DNA of 24,459 nt from a virus. Taxonomy: Duplodnaviria > Caudoviricetes. The position numbers and the translations under genes are program-made. Position 1 is the first letter of the stretch, and the number at the start of each line of letters is the position of its first letter. The DNA lies in IMG/VR virus record IMGVR_UViG_3300049141_000022, positions 1 to 24,459 of that record; one strand, given 5' to 3'. A model generated the notes under the pieces. It did no database searches and was not told where the DNA came from. It was given only the letters and a program-made list of their open reading frames with translations. Below are positions 1 through 6,614 of the stretch, one piece after another.

Positions 1-450
1 CTGCAGTCCATCAGCTCGCAGGAAGCCGACGCCGCCTGCAAGGCCGGGCCCGCCGGCCTCGCATACCTGCGCCGTGACGAATACCGCGACCTCGACGCCG
101 CCGGCGAGGAGGCGTTCCTGCGCGAGCTCGTCGCCAAAGAGGAGGAGAAGGCGAAGAAGAACAAGAAGACCGTCGATCTCAGGACGGCCACGCAGGAACC
201 CGCGGTCGCTGACGCGGACGTCGAAGACGACGACCTGGACGATCTCGTGCCCCCGACGCGCTCCCAGCTCGTATGGAGCGCTGTCGACGGAGGCGCCCGC
301 CGTAACAAGCAGATCGCCGAAGCCACCGATCTGACCCGCCAGAACGTCGCCAACGCGACGGCCCGCCTGGAACGCCTCGGCAAGCTCACCAAGATCAAGC
401 AGGACTGGCACACCGCGCAGCCGCTCGACACCGAATCCATCAGCGCCTAA
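1..450 (+). CDS. 5'-truncated ORF ending in an acidic linker and winged-helix domain; probable C-terminus of a TraB/FtsK-SpoIIIE-like conjugative DNA translocase
   Basis: Frame 1 is open from base 1 to TAA at 448-450 (LQSISSQEADAACKAGPAGLAYLRR...DDDLDDLVPPTRSQLVWSAVDGGARRNKQIAEATDLTRQNVANATARLERLGKLTKIKQDWH). The 247..450 track ORF is only its end. A charged linker plus terminal wHTH followed by small membrane genes matches Streptomyces TraB architecture. The ATPase domain is outside the window. Confidence 0.5.
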   Translation: MQSISSQEADAACKAGPAGLAYLRRDEYRDLDAAGEEAFLRELVAKEEEKAKKNKKTVDLRTATQEPAVADADVEDDDLDDLVPPTRSQLVWSAVDGGARRNKQIAEATDLTRQNVANATARLERLGKLTKIKQDWHTAQPLDTESISA

Positions 451-462
451 GGGAGATCACTC

Positions 463-690
463 GTGACCATCGCCATCAGCACTCTGTTCTTCATCGCCTG
501 CATCGGCCTCGCCATCTGGTTCAAGAAGGACTCGTCCTTCCGGCCCCGGGAGTTCATCGCCGTGTCCGTGTTCTGGGTGCTCCTCGTCGCCACCCCGGTC
601 GGCGCGGACGTCGTCAAGAAGATGCAGGACATGGTCGGCAACGGCGCCCGGACCAGCATCGACACCGTCGACTCCGTCTCGTCCAAGTAG
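463..690 (+). CDS. Small two-TM membrane protein, possibly Spd (spread)-like
   Basis: RBS AAGGGAG before GTG; two hydrophobic segments (IAISTLFFIACIGLAIWF; FIAVSVFWVLLVA); directly follows the TraB-like ORF. Confidence 0.65.
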   Translation: MTIAISTLFFIACIGLAIWFKKDSSFRPREFIAVSVFWVLLVATPVGADVVKKMQDMVGNGARTSIDTVDSVSSK

Positions 691-697
691 CCCCACA

Positions 698-722
698 GGC
701 GGCCCGCAAAGGGCGGGCCGCC
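698..722. repeat. Perfect 10-bp inverted repeat (hairpin or terminator-like)
   Basis: GGCGGCCCGC-AAAGG-GCGGGCCGCC, intergenic, no long U tract. Confidence 0.6.
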
Positions 723-749
723 CGTCTTCGCCCGGAAGGAGCCCCAGCC

Positions 750-1253
750 ATGCCCGCACAGCCTGAGCCCACCGACCGGGCCGAGGTCACGAAGCTCGCC
801 AACGCCGTCGAGGAAGCCCTCGCCGACGCCATCCCGAAGAGAATCCGTAACGACGATCCCGACGTGCCTTCATGGCAGGACGGATCACGCATCGGCACCG
901 CCCCGCCCGTACCACAACCGGGTATCCCGCCGCAGAGCCGAGCCGCGGTCGACTACGCCGTCCGCGTCCTGTCCACCAGCGTCGCCACCGCGATCTGCAG
1001 CGGCAGCTTCTCCCTCGTCCTGTACGTGTCCCGGTTCGCCGACCCCGTGGTGTGCGCCATCGTTTTCGGCGCCCCCATCGGCTTCGCCATTCCGATCGCG
1101 GCACTGAGTGGCCTCGCCAAGCGCGCCAAGGAAGTCGTACTGGCCGCACCGCCCGAGATTCACAACCACATCAACGGTCCCGTCCACGTCGACCGGCGCA
1201 AAATCCACACCGAGAACAAGGGAGTGTGGGCCAAGACCAACAACCAGCAGTGA
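750..1253 (+). CDS. Membrane protein resembling those of Streptomyces plasmid/AICE transfer-spread regions
   Basis: RBS GAAGGAG; Pro-rich N-terminus (IGTAPPVPQPGIPP), two hydrophobic helices, then AAPPEIHNHINGPVH; this pattern is recalled from conjugative-element proteins. Confidence 0.65.
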   Translation: MPAQPEPTDRAEVTKLANAVEEALADAIPKRIRNDDPDVPSWQDGSRIGTAPPVPQPGIPPQSRAAVDYAVRVLSTSVATAICSGSFSLVLYVSRFADPVVCAIVFGAPIGFAIPIAALSGLAKRAKEVVLAAPPEIHNHINGPVHVDRRKIHTENKGVWAKTNNQQ

Positions 1254-1264
1254 TCCGCTAATGC

Positions 1265-1301
1265 TTGCAAAACCCTCTGACCTGCTGTAACACTGAGTGC
1301 A
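1265..1301 (+). promoter_or_regulatory. Putative late-operon promoter overlapped by TNAC-N5-GTNA boxes
   Basis: AT-richer intergenic stretch; TTGCAA (1265-1270) as -35 and TAACACT (1288-1294) as an imperfect -10; boxes CTGACCTGCTGTAAC (1277-1291) and GTAACACTGAGTGCA (1287-1301). Confidence 0.4.
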
Positions 1302-1332
1302 GGCGATAGCCCTATGCCTCAAAAGCCACACG

Positions 1333-1358
1333 AACCCCCGTCTCTCCGGCGGGGGTTT
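1333..1358 (+). terminator. Intrinsic terminator or attenuator-like hairpin in the leader of the late region
   Basis: AACCCCCG...CGGGGGTT-T stem between the putative promoter and the HTH gene. Confidence 0.55.
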
Positions 1359-1377
1359 GCGCATGTCAGGGGGTGTG

Positions 1378-1602
1378 ATGAGCCGCCTCCACAGCTTCTA
1401 CGCGCGCGACTTGCTCGACAACAAGCAGGCCGCCGAGTACGCGGGAGTCGCCCCGTCCACGATCCGGCAGTGGGTCCATCGCGGCCTCCTTGAACCCGCC
1501 ATGCGCGGTGAAGGCCGAGGGGTGCCCACCTTGTACAACCGGCCCGACCTCGACGAGGTCAAGCGCATCCTGGCCGAGCGCGAAGCCGCCCGCGCCGCCT
1601 GA
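1378..1602 (+). CDS. Small MerR-like/HTH_17 (excisionase/BldC-fold) DNA-binding protein, 74 aa
   Basis: LLDNKQAAEYAGVAPSTIRQWVHRGLL..LY..DL helix-turn-helix pattern; start at ATG 1378 after AGGGGG. Confidence 0.8.
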   Translation: MSRLHSFYARDLLDNKQAAEYAGVAPSTIRQWVHRGLLEPAMRGEGRGVPTLYNRPDLDEVKRILAEREAARAA

Positions 1603-1738
1603 CCGTCCCGCCGTCTGTGCCCGTTCCCCGGGCGGCGGGGCTTCCACCCGTGCGGGTCACAACACGGCCACACCAGCCCCACGGCGCCCACGCCCGGCGC
1701 ATGATGCCCCCTCAGCATCGAATGTCCTTGGGGGGACC

Positions 1739-2080
1739 ATGCACGCCCGTACAGCCGCCTGCGCAGCCCTGCTCACCCTCGCCGCCCTCACAGCGTGCTC
1801 CGGTAGCAGCGACGGCAAGCCCGTCGCGCCCACAGTCACTGTCACCAAGACCATTGACCCGGCAGTCGCCCGCACCGCGTGCGTGGACGCGTGGGCTGAC
1901 GTAATCCGGCAGAACGACGACGTCGGCATCGAAGACGAGCCCGCAGCATGCGACGGCTTGCCCGAAGGCGACAGGCTGGACCGCTACATGGAAGGCCTCC
2001 AGCAGGTAAGCAAGGCCAACCGCGACCAGGTCGCTGAGTGCGTCGACGACCCCAGCTGCACCAGCGTCCCCATTCCATAG
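1739..2080 (+). CDS. Putative lipoprotein (moron-like)
   Basis: GGGGGA RBS then MHARTAACAALLTLAALTAC: signal peptide with lipobox LTAC, Ser/Thr linker and four further Cys. Confidence 0.8.
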   Translation: MHARTAACAALLTLAALTACSGSSDGKPVAPTVTVTKTIDPAVARTACVDAWADVIRQNDDVGIEDEPAACDGLPEGDRLDRYMEGLQQVSKANRDQVAECVDDPSCTSVPIP

Positions 2081-2098
2081 CCCAGGGGGTGAGCGCCC

Positions 2099-2380
2099 GT
2101 GGTCGGTAATCCCCGCAACGGGCGCCCCTACCGCCGCCTCGTCGACTGGCTCCGCTCGCAGCGGCTGCCGTGCTGGCTGTGCGGCCACAACATCGGCTAC
2201 GAGCTCGATGCCCGGCACCCGCTGTCCTTCACCCTCGACCATCAGGTGCCGCTGTCGAAGGGCGGGAACCTGCTCGACCCGGCCAACGCGCGGGCCGCGC
2301 ACCGGCGGTGCAACAGCAGCCGCGGCAACCGGACCACGCCGCCCAAGGTGGCACCGCAGCGAGCGTCACGGAGGTGGTAA
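2099..2380 (+). CDS. HNH endonuclease (HK97 gp74-like terminase cofactor)
   Basis: CWLCGH, TLDHQVPLSKGG and AAHRRCNSSRG motifs; located upstream of the cos/terminase genes. Confidence 0.92.
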   Translation: MVGNPRNGRPYRRLVDWLRSQRLPCWLCGHNIGYELDARHPLSFTLDHQVPLSKGGNLLDPANARAAHRRCNSSRGNRTTPPKVAPQRASRRW

Positions 2381-2382
2381 GC

Positions 2383-2760
2383 GTGACCCCGTTCGGGATG
2401 GCCAGCAGGAAGACACCCGCAGAGCACTGCGGCGAGATCGCCCCCAGCCTCAGTGGCGCCGTCGCGACTGACCTCGACAGGGAATGTGTGCTACGCCCCG
2501 GCCACCAAGGGAGTCACGCCACTGGCGATGGCATGCGGTGGCTGTACACCGGGTCATCATGTGACGATCACGCTGGACCCTGCTTCCCTAACCCCGTCGC
2601 GAAATGCCCCGCACACGGCATCCAACGATGCGCTGCATGTCACCGCAATCCCAGCACATGCGAGGACCGTAACTACGCAGAGTGCAGCTACTGGTCGGCC
2701 ACGGGAATGCATCGGGACACCTGCTCCAACCGTATCCGTGGCCCCATCACTGAACGGTGA
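2383..2760 (+). CDS. Cys/His-rich, probably zinc-binding hypothetical protein
   Basis: GGAGG at 2370-2374 and GTG at 2383, in frame with the 2170..2760 track ORF; motifs CVLRPGHQGSH, CPAHGIQRCAACH and GMHRDTC. Confidence 0.65.
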   Translation: MTPFGMASRKTPAEHCGEIAPSLSGAVATDLDRECVLRPGHQGSHATGDGMRWLYTGSSCDDHAGPCFPNPVAKCPAHGIQRCAACHRNPSTCEDRNYAECSYWSATGMHRDTCSNRIRGPITER

Positions 2761-2766
2761 CGCACT

Positions 2767-3204
2767 GTGCTGTACGTCGTCACCGGCCCTCCCGCAGCGG
2801 GTAAGTCCAGCTGGATCGAGGCGCACGCCAAGCCGACGGACATCGTCATCGACCTCGACCGCATCACGTCCGCGCTCACCGGACCAGGCGCACCGCAGTG
2901 GAGCCAGCACCCGCTGCACCTGCGGGTCGCGCACCGCGCCCGGTACGCGGCCATGGACGCAGCGTTCGAGCTGCTCGACCAGCTCGATGTCTACCTGATC
3001 CACACCATGCCGAACGGCAAGGCGATGGCGAAGTACAAGCGGCTCAAGGCACGCATCGTGACCGTAGACCCGGGCCAGGACATCGTTATGCAGCGCATCA
3101 AGGCGATGCGTTCCGTCGATATGGAGCGGGTCGCAACGCGCTGGTACAACGCTCGACGCCAGCTGCCGCATGAGGCCATGCCGCAGGCGTCCCGGTCCTG
3201 GTGA
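2767..3204 (+). CDS. Small P-loop NTPase (AAA_33/kinase-like)
   Basis: N-terminal Walker A VVTGPPAAGKS followed by IVIDLD. Confidence 0.85.
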   Translation: MLYVVTGPPAAGKSSWIEAHAKPTDIVIDLDRITSALTGPGAPQWSQHPLHLRVAHRARYAAMDAAFELLDQLDVYLIHTMPNGKAMAKYKRLKARIVTVDPGQDIVMQRIKAMRSVDMERVATRWYNARRQLPHEAMPQASRSW

Positions 3205-3225
3205 CGCGAGGTCACGTCGGGTGAC
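3201..3225. promoter_or_regulatory. 10-bp-phased GTGAC/GTCAC/GTGAC array forming two overlapping TNAC-N5-GTNA boxes
   Basis: GTGACgcgagGTCACgtcggGTGAC read directly from the sequence. Confidence 0.55.
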
Positions 3226-3317
3226 CTGGGTGGGGATGAGCCAGGCCGGAAGTGGCGGCGATCGGCCCTCGGTCAGTCCGATTAGGGGAGGGCTGGGTCG
3301 AAAGTTCAGAACGATAC

Positions 3318-3345
3318 CGGGCGACCCAAACGCCCTTGTCGCCCG
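3318..3345. other. Candidate cosN (cohesive-end cleavage site)
   Basis: Perfect 8-bp inverted repeat CGGGCGAC/GTCGCCCG around the 12-bp spacer CCAAACGCCCTT, in the non-coding gap before terS. It is preceded by GGGGAGGGCTGGGTCGAAAGTTC and followed by a T-tract. Confidence 0.6.
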
Positions 3346-3410
3346 ATTTTTTGCGCGGCCAAATCCTGCCGCTAATCACCGTGAACTCGGTTCGACTGAA
3401 TTAGTGGGCG

Positions 3411-3440
3411 GTCACTCTGTGTGATGTCACGCTGCGTCAC
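3411..3440. promoter_or_regulatory. Two abutting perfect matches to the BldD box consensus NTNACNC(A/T)GNGTNAN
   Basis: GTCACTCTGTGTGAT (3411-3425) and GTCACGCTGCGTCAC (3426-3440), ending 3 nt before the terS RBS GGAGGTG. Confidence 0.55.
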
Positions 3441-3453
3441 GGCGGAGGTGATC

Positions 3454-3729
3454 ATGAGCGTCGCCGACAAGATCGCCGCCGAGCTTGACGATCTTCACGC
3501 CGATGAGACTTCCCCCGGCATGGCGGCCGTCGCCCGAGCCCTGGCCCAGTCGATCGACGAGACGGAGGCCTTGACTGCGCGAGCGGTCGGCGCCGACAAG
3601 CTCCGCTCGATCATGGCCGACCTCCGCAAGCTCGCACCGGTCGAAGCGAAGGGGGACACGGTCGATGACATTGCTGAGCAGCGAGCGAAGCGCCGAGAAG
3701 CAACCCGCAAGCAGGCGGCCGGGCAGTGA
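3454..3729 (+). CDS. terS: Terminase small subunit
   Basis: RBS GGAGGTG then ATG 3454; short helical protein with an actinophage TerS-like pattern (ARALAQSID...LRSIMADL...DTVDDIAEQRAKRR), directly before and overlapping terL. Confidence 0.75.
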   Translation: MSVADKIAAELDDLHADETSPGMAAVARALAQSIDETEALTARAVGADKLRSIMADLRKLAPVEAKGDTVDDIAEQRAKRREATRKQAAGQ

Positions 3730-5191
3730 CGACGGCCGCGTCTACGGCTGGCAGCAGCCCCCGATCGAGACTGTCCCGCCGTCGGCATCGAGCGCCGGCC
3801 AGGAGGCCATCGACCTTGCTGCCCGGGCCGGCCTGAAGCTGGACCCGTGGCAGCAGTACGTGCTGCGCCGCGGGATGGGTGAGAAGCCGGACGGTAGCTG
3901 GGCCGCCTTCGAGTGCGTCGTCAACGTGCCGCGGCAGAACGGCAAGGGCGGCATCATCGAGGCCCGCGAACTGTGGGGTCTCTTCATCGGCGGCGAGCAG
4001 TTGATCCTGCACTCGGCGCACGAGTTCAAGACGGCGAAGGCCGCTTTCAAGCGTATCGAGCGCCTCATTCGCGGGTGTCCTGACCTGCACAAACGCGTGA
4101 AGGCGTACCGGTACACGGTCGGCGAGGAGTCGATCGAGCTGCACTCGGGGCAGGTGCTTCGGTTCATCGCCCGTTCGAAGGGTTCGGGCCGCGGCTTCAC
4201 CGGCGACTGCAACATCCTCGACGAGGACATGATCCTCGGTGACGACGCGATGGACGCGCTGCTGCCGACGATGGCGGCTGTCGAGAATCCGCAGATCTGG
4301 TACCTCGGGTCAGCGGGCATCGGCGCGTTGTCCGTGCAGTTGGGCCGTCTGCGCCGCCGGGCCCTGGCCGCGATCGAGGCGGGTGCGCCGGATGCGAGCT
4401 TGGCGTACTTCGAGTGGTCCGCGGACCTGCACCTGGACGAGTGCCCGAACGGCTGCACGGCGCACGATGACGCGGCCTCGGATGAGGCGGTCCTGAAGGC
4501 GAATCCGGCGGTCGGCTACCGGCTGACGCTGGACAAGGTGCACAACGAGCGGATGACGCTCAGCCCGGCCGGCTACGCCCGTGAGCGGCTCGGTGTGGGC
4601 GACTATCCGTCGGACGTGGCGGACACGTGGCAGGTGATCGGTGAGGACGCGTGGCGGGCGTTGGCGGCTGCGGAGTCGGAGCCGTCGGATCCGGTGGCGT
4701 TCGCGATCGACATGACGCCGGAGCGGTCGCATGCGGCGATTGCGGTGGCGGGGGAGTGGCGGGGCGGTACGCACGTCGAGGTGGTGGATCACCGGCCGGG
4801 CACGGGGTGGATCCTGGACCGGGCCGCGGAGCTGCACGAGAAGTGGAGGCCGCGCTGCTGGGTGGTCGACGCGGGCGGCCCGGCCGGCTCGCTGATCGCC
4901 GATCTGGCTGAGCGCCTCGGTGTCGAGGTGGTGCAGCCGAAAGCGCGCGAGGTGGCCGCGGCGTGCGGGCAGTTCTTCGACGCGGTGGCCGAGCAGACCT
5001 TGTCTCACCTCGATCAGGCGCCGTTGTCGTCGGCTCTGGCGGGTGCGCAAAAGCGCCCGCTGGGTGATGCGTGGGCGTGGGCGCGGCGGCTGGTGAGCGT
5101 GGATATCAGCCCGCTGGTGGCGGCAACGCTGGCGAAGTGGGGGCTCGGCGCTGAGGTCGAGGAGCCGGAGGGGGCGCCGAACCTATGGTGA
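3665..5191 (+). CDS. terL: Terminase large subunit
   Basis: LDPWQ adenine-binding motif, Walker A VPRQNGKG, GRGFTGDCNILDE Walker B, ANPAVG..RERLG, nuclease AIDMTPER and DISPLVAATLA. Confidence 0.96.
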   Translation: MTLLSSERSAEKQPASRRPGSDDGRVYGWQQPPIETVPPSASSAGQEAIDLAARAGLKLDPWQQYVLRRGMGEKPDGSWAAFECVVNVPRQNGKGGIIEARELWGLFIGGEQLILHSAHEFKTAKAAFKRIERLIRGCPDLHKRVKAYRYTVGEESIELHSGQVLRFIARSKGSGRGFTGDCNILDEDMILGDDAMDALLPTMAAVENPQIWYLGSAGIGALSVQLGRLRRRALAAIEAGAPDASLAYFEWSADLHLDECPNGCTAHDDAASDEAVLKANPAVGYRLTLDKVHNERMTLSPAGYARERLGVGDYPSDVADTWQVIGEDAWRALAAAESEPSDPVAFAIDMTPERSHAAIAVAGEWRGGTHVEVVDHRPGTGWILDRAAELHEKWRPRCWVVDAGGPAGSLIADLAERLGVEVVQPKAREVAAACGQFFDAVAEQTLSHLDQAPLSSALAGAQKRPLGDAWAWARRLVSVDISPLVAATLAKWGLGAEVEEPEGAPNLW

Positions 5192-5358
5192 ATGCGGCCT
5201 GGTTCCTGTTCGAGGTGGCGTGCCTGGTGATCGCCCTGCTGGGGCTGTGGCTGATCTTTCCGCCCGCGGCGATGATCGTGGGCGGTGTGGCGGGGGCTCT
5301 GGCTGCTGAGCGTGCGATGGCCGAGCGGAAGCGCACGCGGAGCAAGGGGGCCCGATGA
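5185..5358 (+). CDS. Small membrane protein (57 aa) between terL and portal; absent from the ORF track
   Basis: MVNAAWFLFEVACLVIALLGLWLIFPPAAMIVGGVAGALAAERAMAERKRTRSKGAR; overlaps the terL stop and the portal start (ATGA). Confidence 0.75.
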   Translation: MVNAAWFLFEVACLVIALLGLWLIFPPAAMIVGGVAGALAAERAMAERKRTRSKGAR

Positions 5359-6614
5359 GCTTGTTCGGGCTGTTTGATCGGCGTGCTTCGGTGGAGAATC
5401 CGGCGGTTCCGTTGACGGCGCCGTCGCTGACGACACTCCTGGCGGGCCCTGCGGCCGAGTCGGGTGTGGCGGTGACGGAGACGAGTGCGCTGCACATGCC
5501 GGCGGTGTGGCGGGCGGTCGCGGTGATCGCGAACGTGTCGGCGTCTCTGCCGCTGCACACGTATGCGGTGGGGACGAAGGACCGCAAGTCGTCGAAGCTG
5601 CTGGATGATCCGCACCCGGAGCTGACCCGGTTCGAGCTGTGGCGGCTGCTGTACGTGCACCGGCTGCTGTGGGGCAACGGCTATGCGCAGAAGGTGCGCA
5701 ACAATGCCGGTCAGATCGTGCAGTTGTGGCCGATCCGCCCGGACCGGGTGAGGGTGGACCGGGAGAAGCCGAGCGAGGCGAACCCGGGCGGCAAAGTTTT
5801 CTGGATCCGCGATGACAGTGGCGTGGTGCAGCGGCGGACGACCGCCGAGATTCTGCATCTGCCGGCGCTCGGCTATGACGGGGTGACGGGCTGTTCTCCG
5901 ATCCGTGCGGCGGCGGAGGGGATCGGCCTGGGGATCGCCGCGGAGAAGGCGGCCGCGAAGCTGTACGGCTCCGGCAACATGATCAGCGGGGTGCTGCAGA
6001 CGGAGCAGCGGCTGAACAAGGAGCAGGCCGAGCAGCTCAAGGCGGGCTGGAAGGCGAAGCTGTCGGGGATCGAGTCGGCCCACGACATCGCCGTGCTGGA
6101 CTCGGGCGCGAGCTTTCATCCGGTGACGATGCCGTATAAGGACTCCCAGTTTCTGGAGTCGCGCCAGTTCCAGATCACCGAGATCGCGAGAATGTTCGGT
6201 GTGCCGCTGTATCTGCTGATGGAGACGCAGAAGTCCACCAGTTGGGGGACGGGCCTTGAGCAGCAGGCGCAGGGCTTTGTGACGTGGGATCTGGCGCCGA
6301 CGTGGCTGACGCCTACGGAGCAGCGGGTGACGAAGGAGCTGCTGCCCAAGACGCAATACGCCAAGTACCAGCTGGGTGGCCTGCTGCGCGGCGATTCACA
6401 GGCGCGGGCGGTGTTCTACCGGGCGATGCGCGATACGGGCGCCTTCTCGGCGAACGACATCCGGGACCTGGAAGACCTCACCCCGATCGAGGGGCCGGAG
6501 GGCGACATGTATCTGCAGCCGATGTCCATGGCGCCGCTGGGCTCCGACCCGACCGCGGCCGGCACCAACTCCGATGACCCTCCGCAGGAAGGCGGCAACG
6601 ATGACCAGGATTGA
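5355..6614 (+). CDS. Portal protein, HK97 family
   Basis: AVWRAVAVIANVSASLPL, LLWGNGYA, LWPIRPDRV, EILHL..G.SPI, DSQFLESRQF..EIARMFGVP, LLRGD and NDIRDLEDL motifs. Confidence 0.97.
   Translation: MSLFGLFDRRASVENPAVPLTAPSLTTLLAGPAAESGVAVTETSALHMPAVWRAVAVIANVSASLPLHTYAVGTKDRKSSKLLDDPHPELTRFELWRLLYVHRLLWGNGYAQKVRNNAGQIVQLWPIRPDRVRVDREKPSEANPGGKVFWIRDDSGVVQRRTTAEILHLPALGYDGVTGCSPIRAAAEGIGLGIAAEKAAAKLYGSGNMISGVLQTEQRLNKEQAEQLKAGWKAKLSGIESAHDIAVLDSGASFHPVTMPYKDSQFLESRQFQITEIARMFGVPLYLLMETQKSTSWGTGLEQQAQGFVTWDLAPTWLTPTEQRVTKELLPKTQYAKYQLGGLLRGDSQARAVFYRAMRDTGAFSANDIRDLEDLTPIEGPEGDMYLQPMSMAPLGSDPTAAGTNSDDPPQEGGNDDQD

Noticed and set aside
451-760. clt locus (TraB-recognition 8-bp direct repeats)
   Set aside because: Only a single hairpin is visible; no tandem 8-mer array was found here.
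3170-3424. 84-aa ORF across the cos region
   Set aside because: No good RBS and atypical composition; it coincides with repeat and palindromic DNA signals, so it is more likely non-coding.
3665-3729. terS/terL 65-nt overlap as a programmed frameshift
   Set aside because: No slippery heptamer; terL has its own ATG with an upstream purine-rich run.
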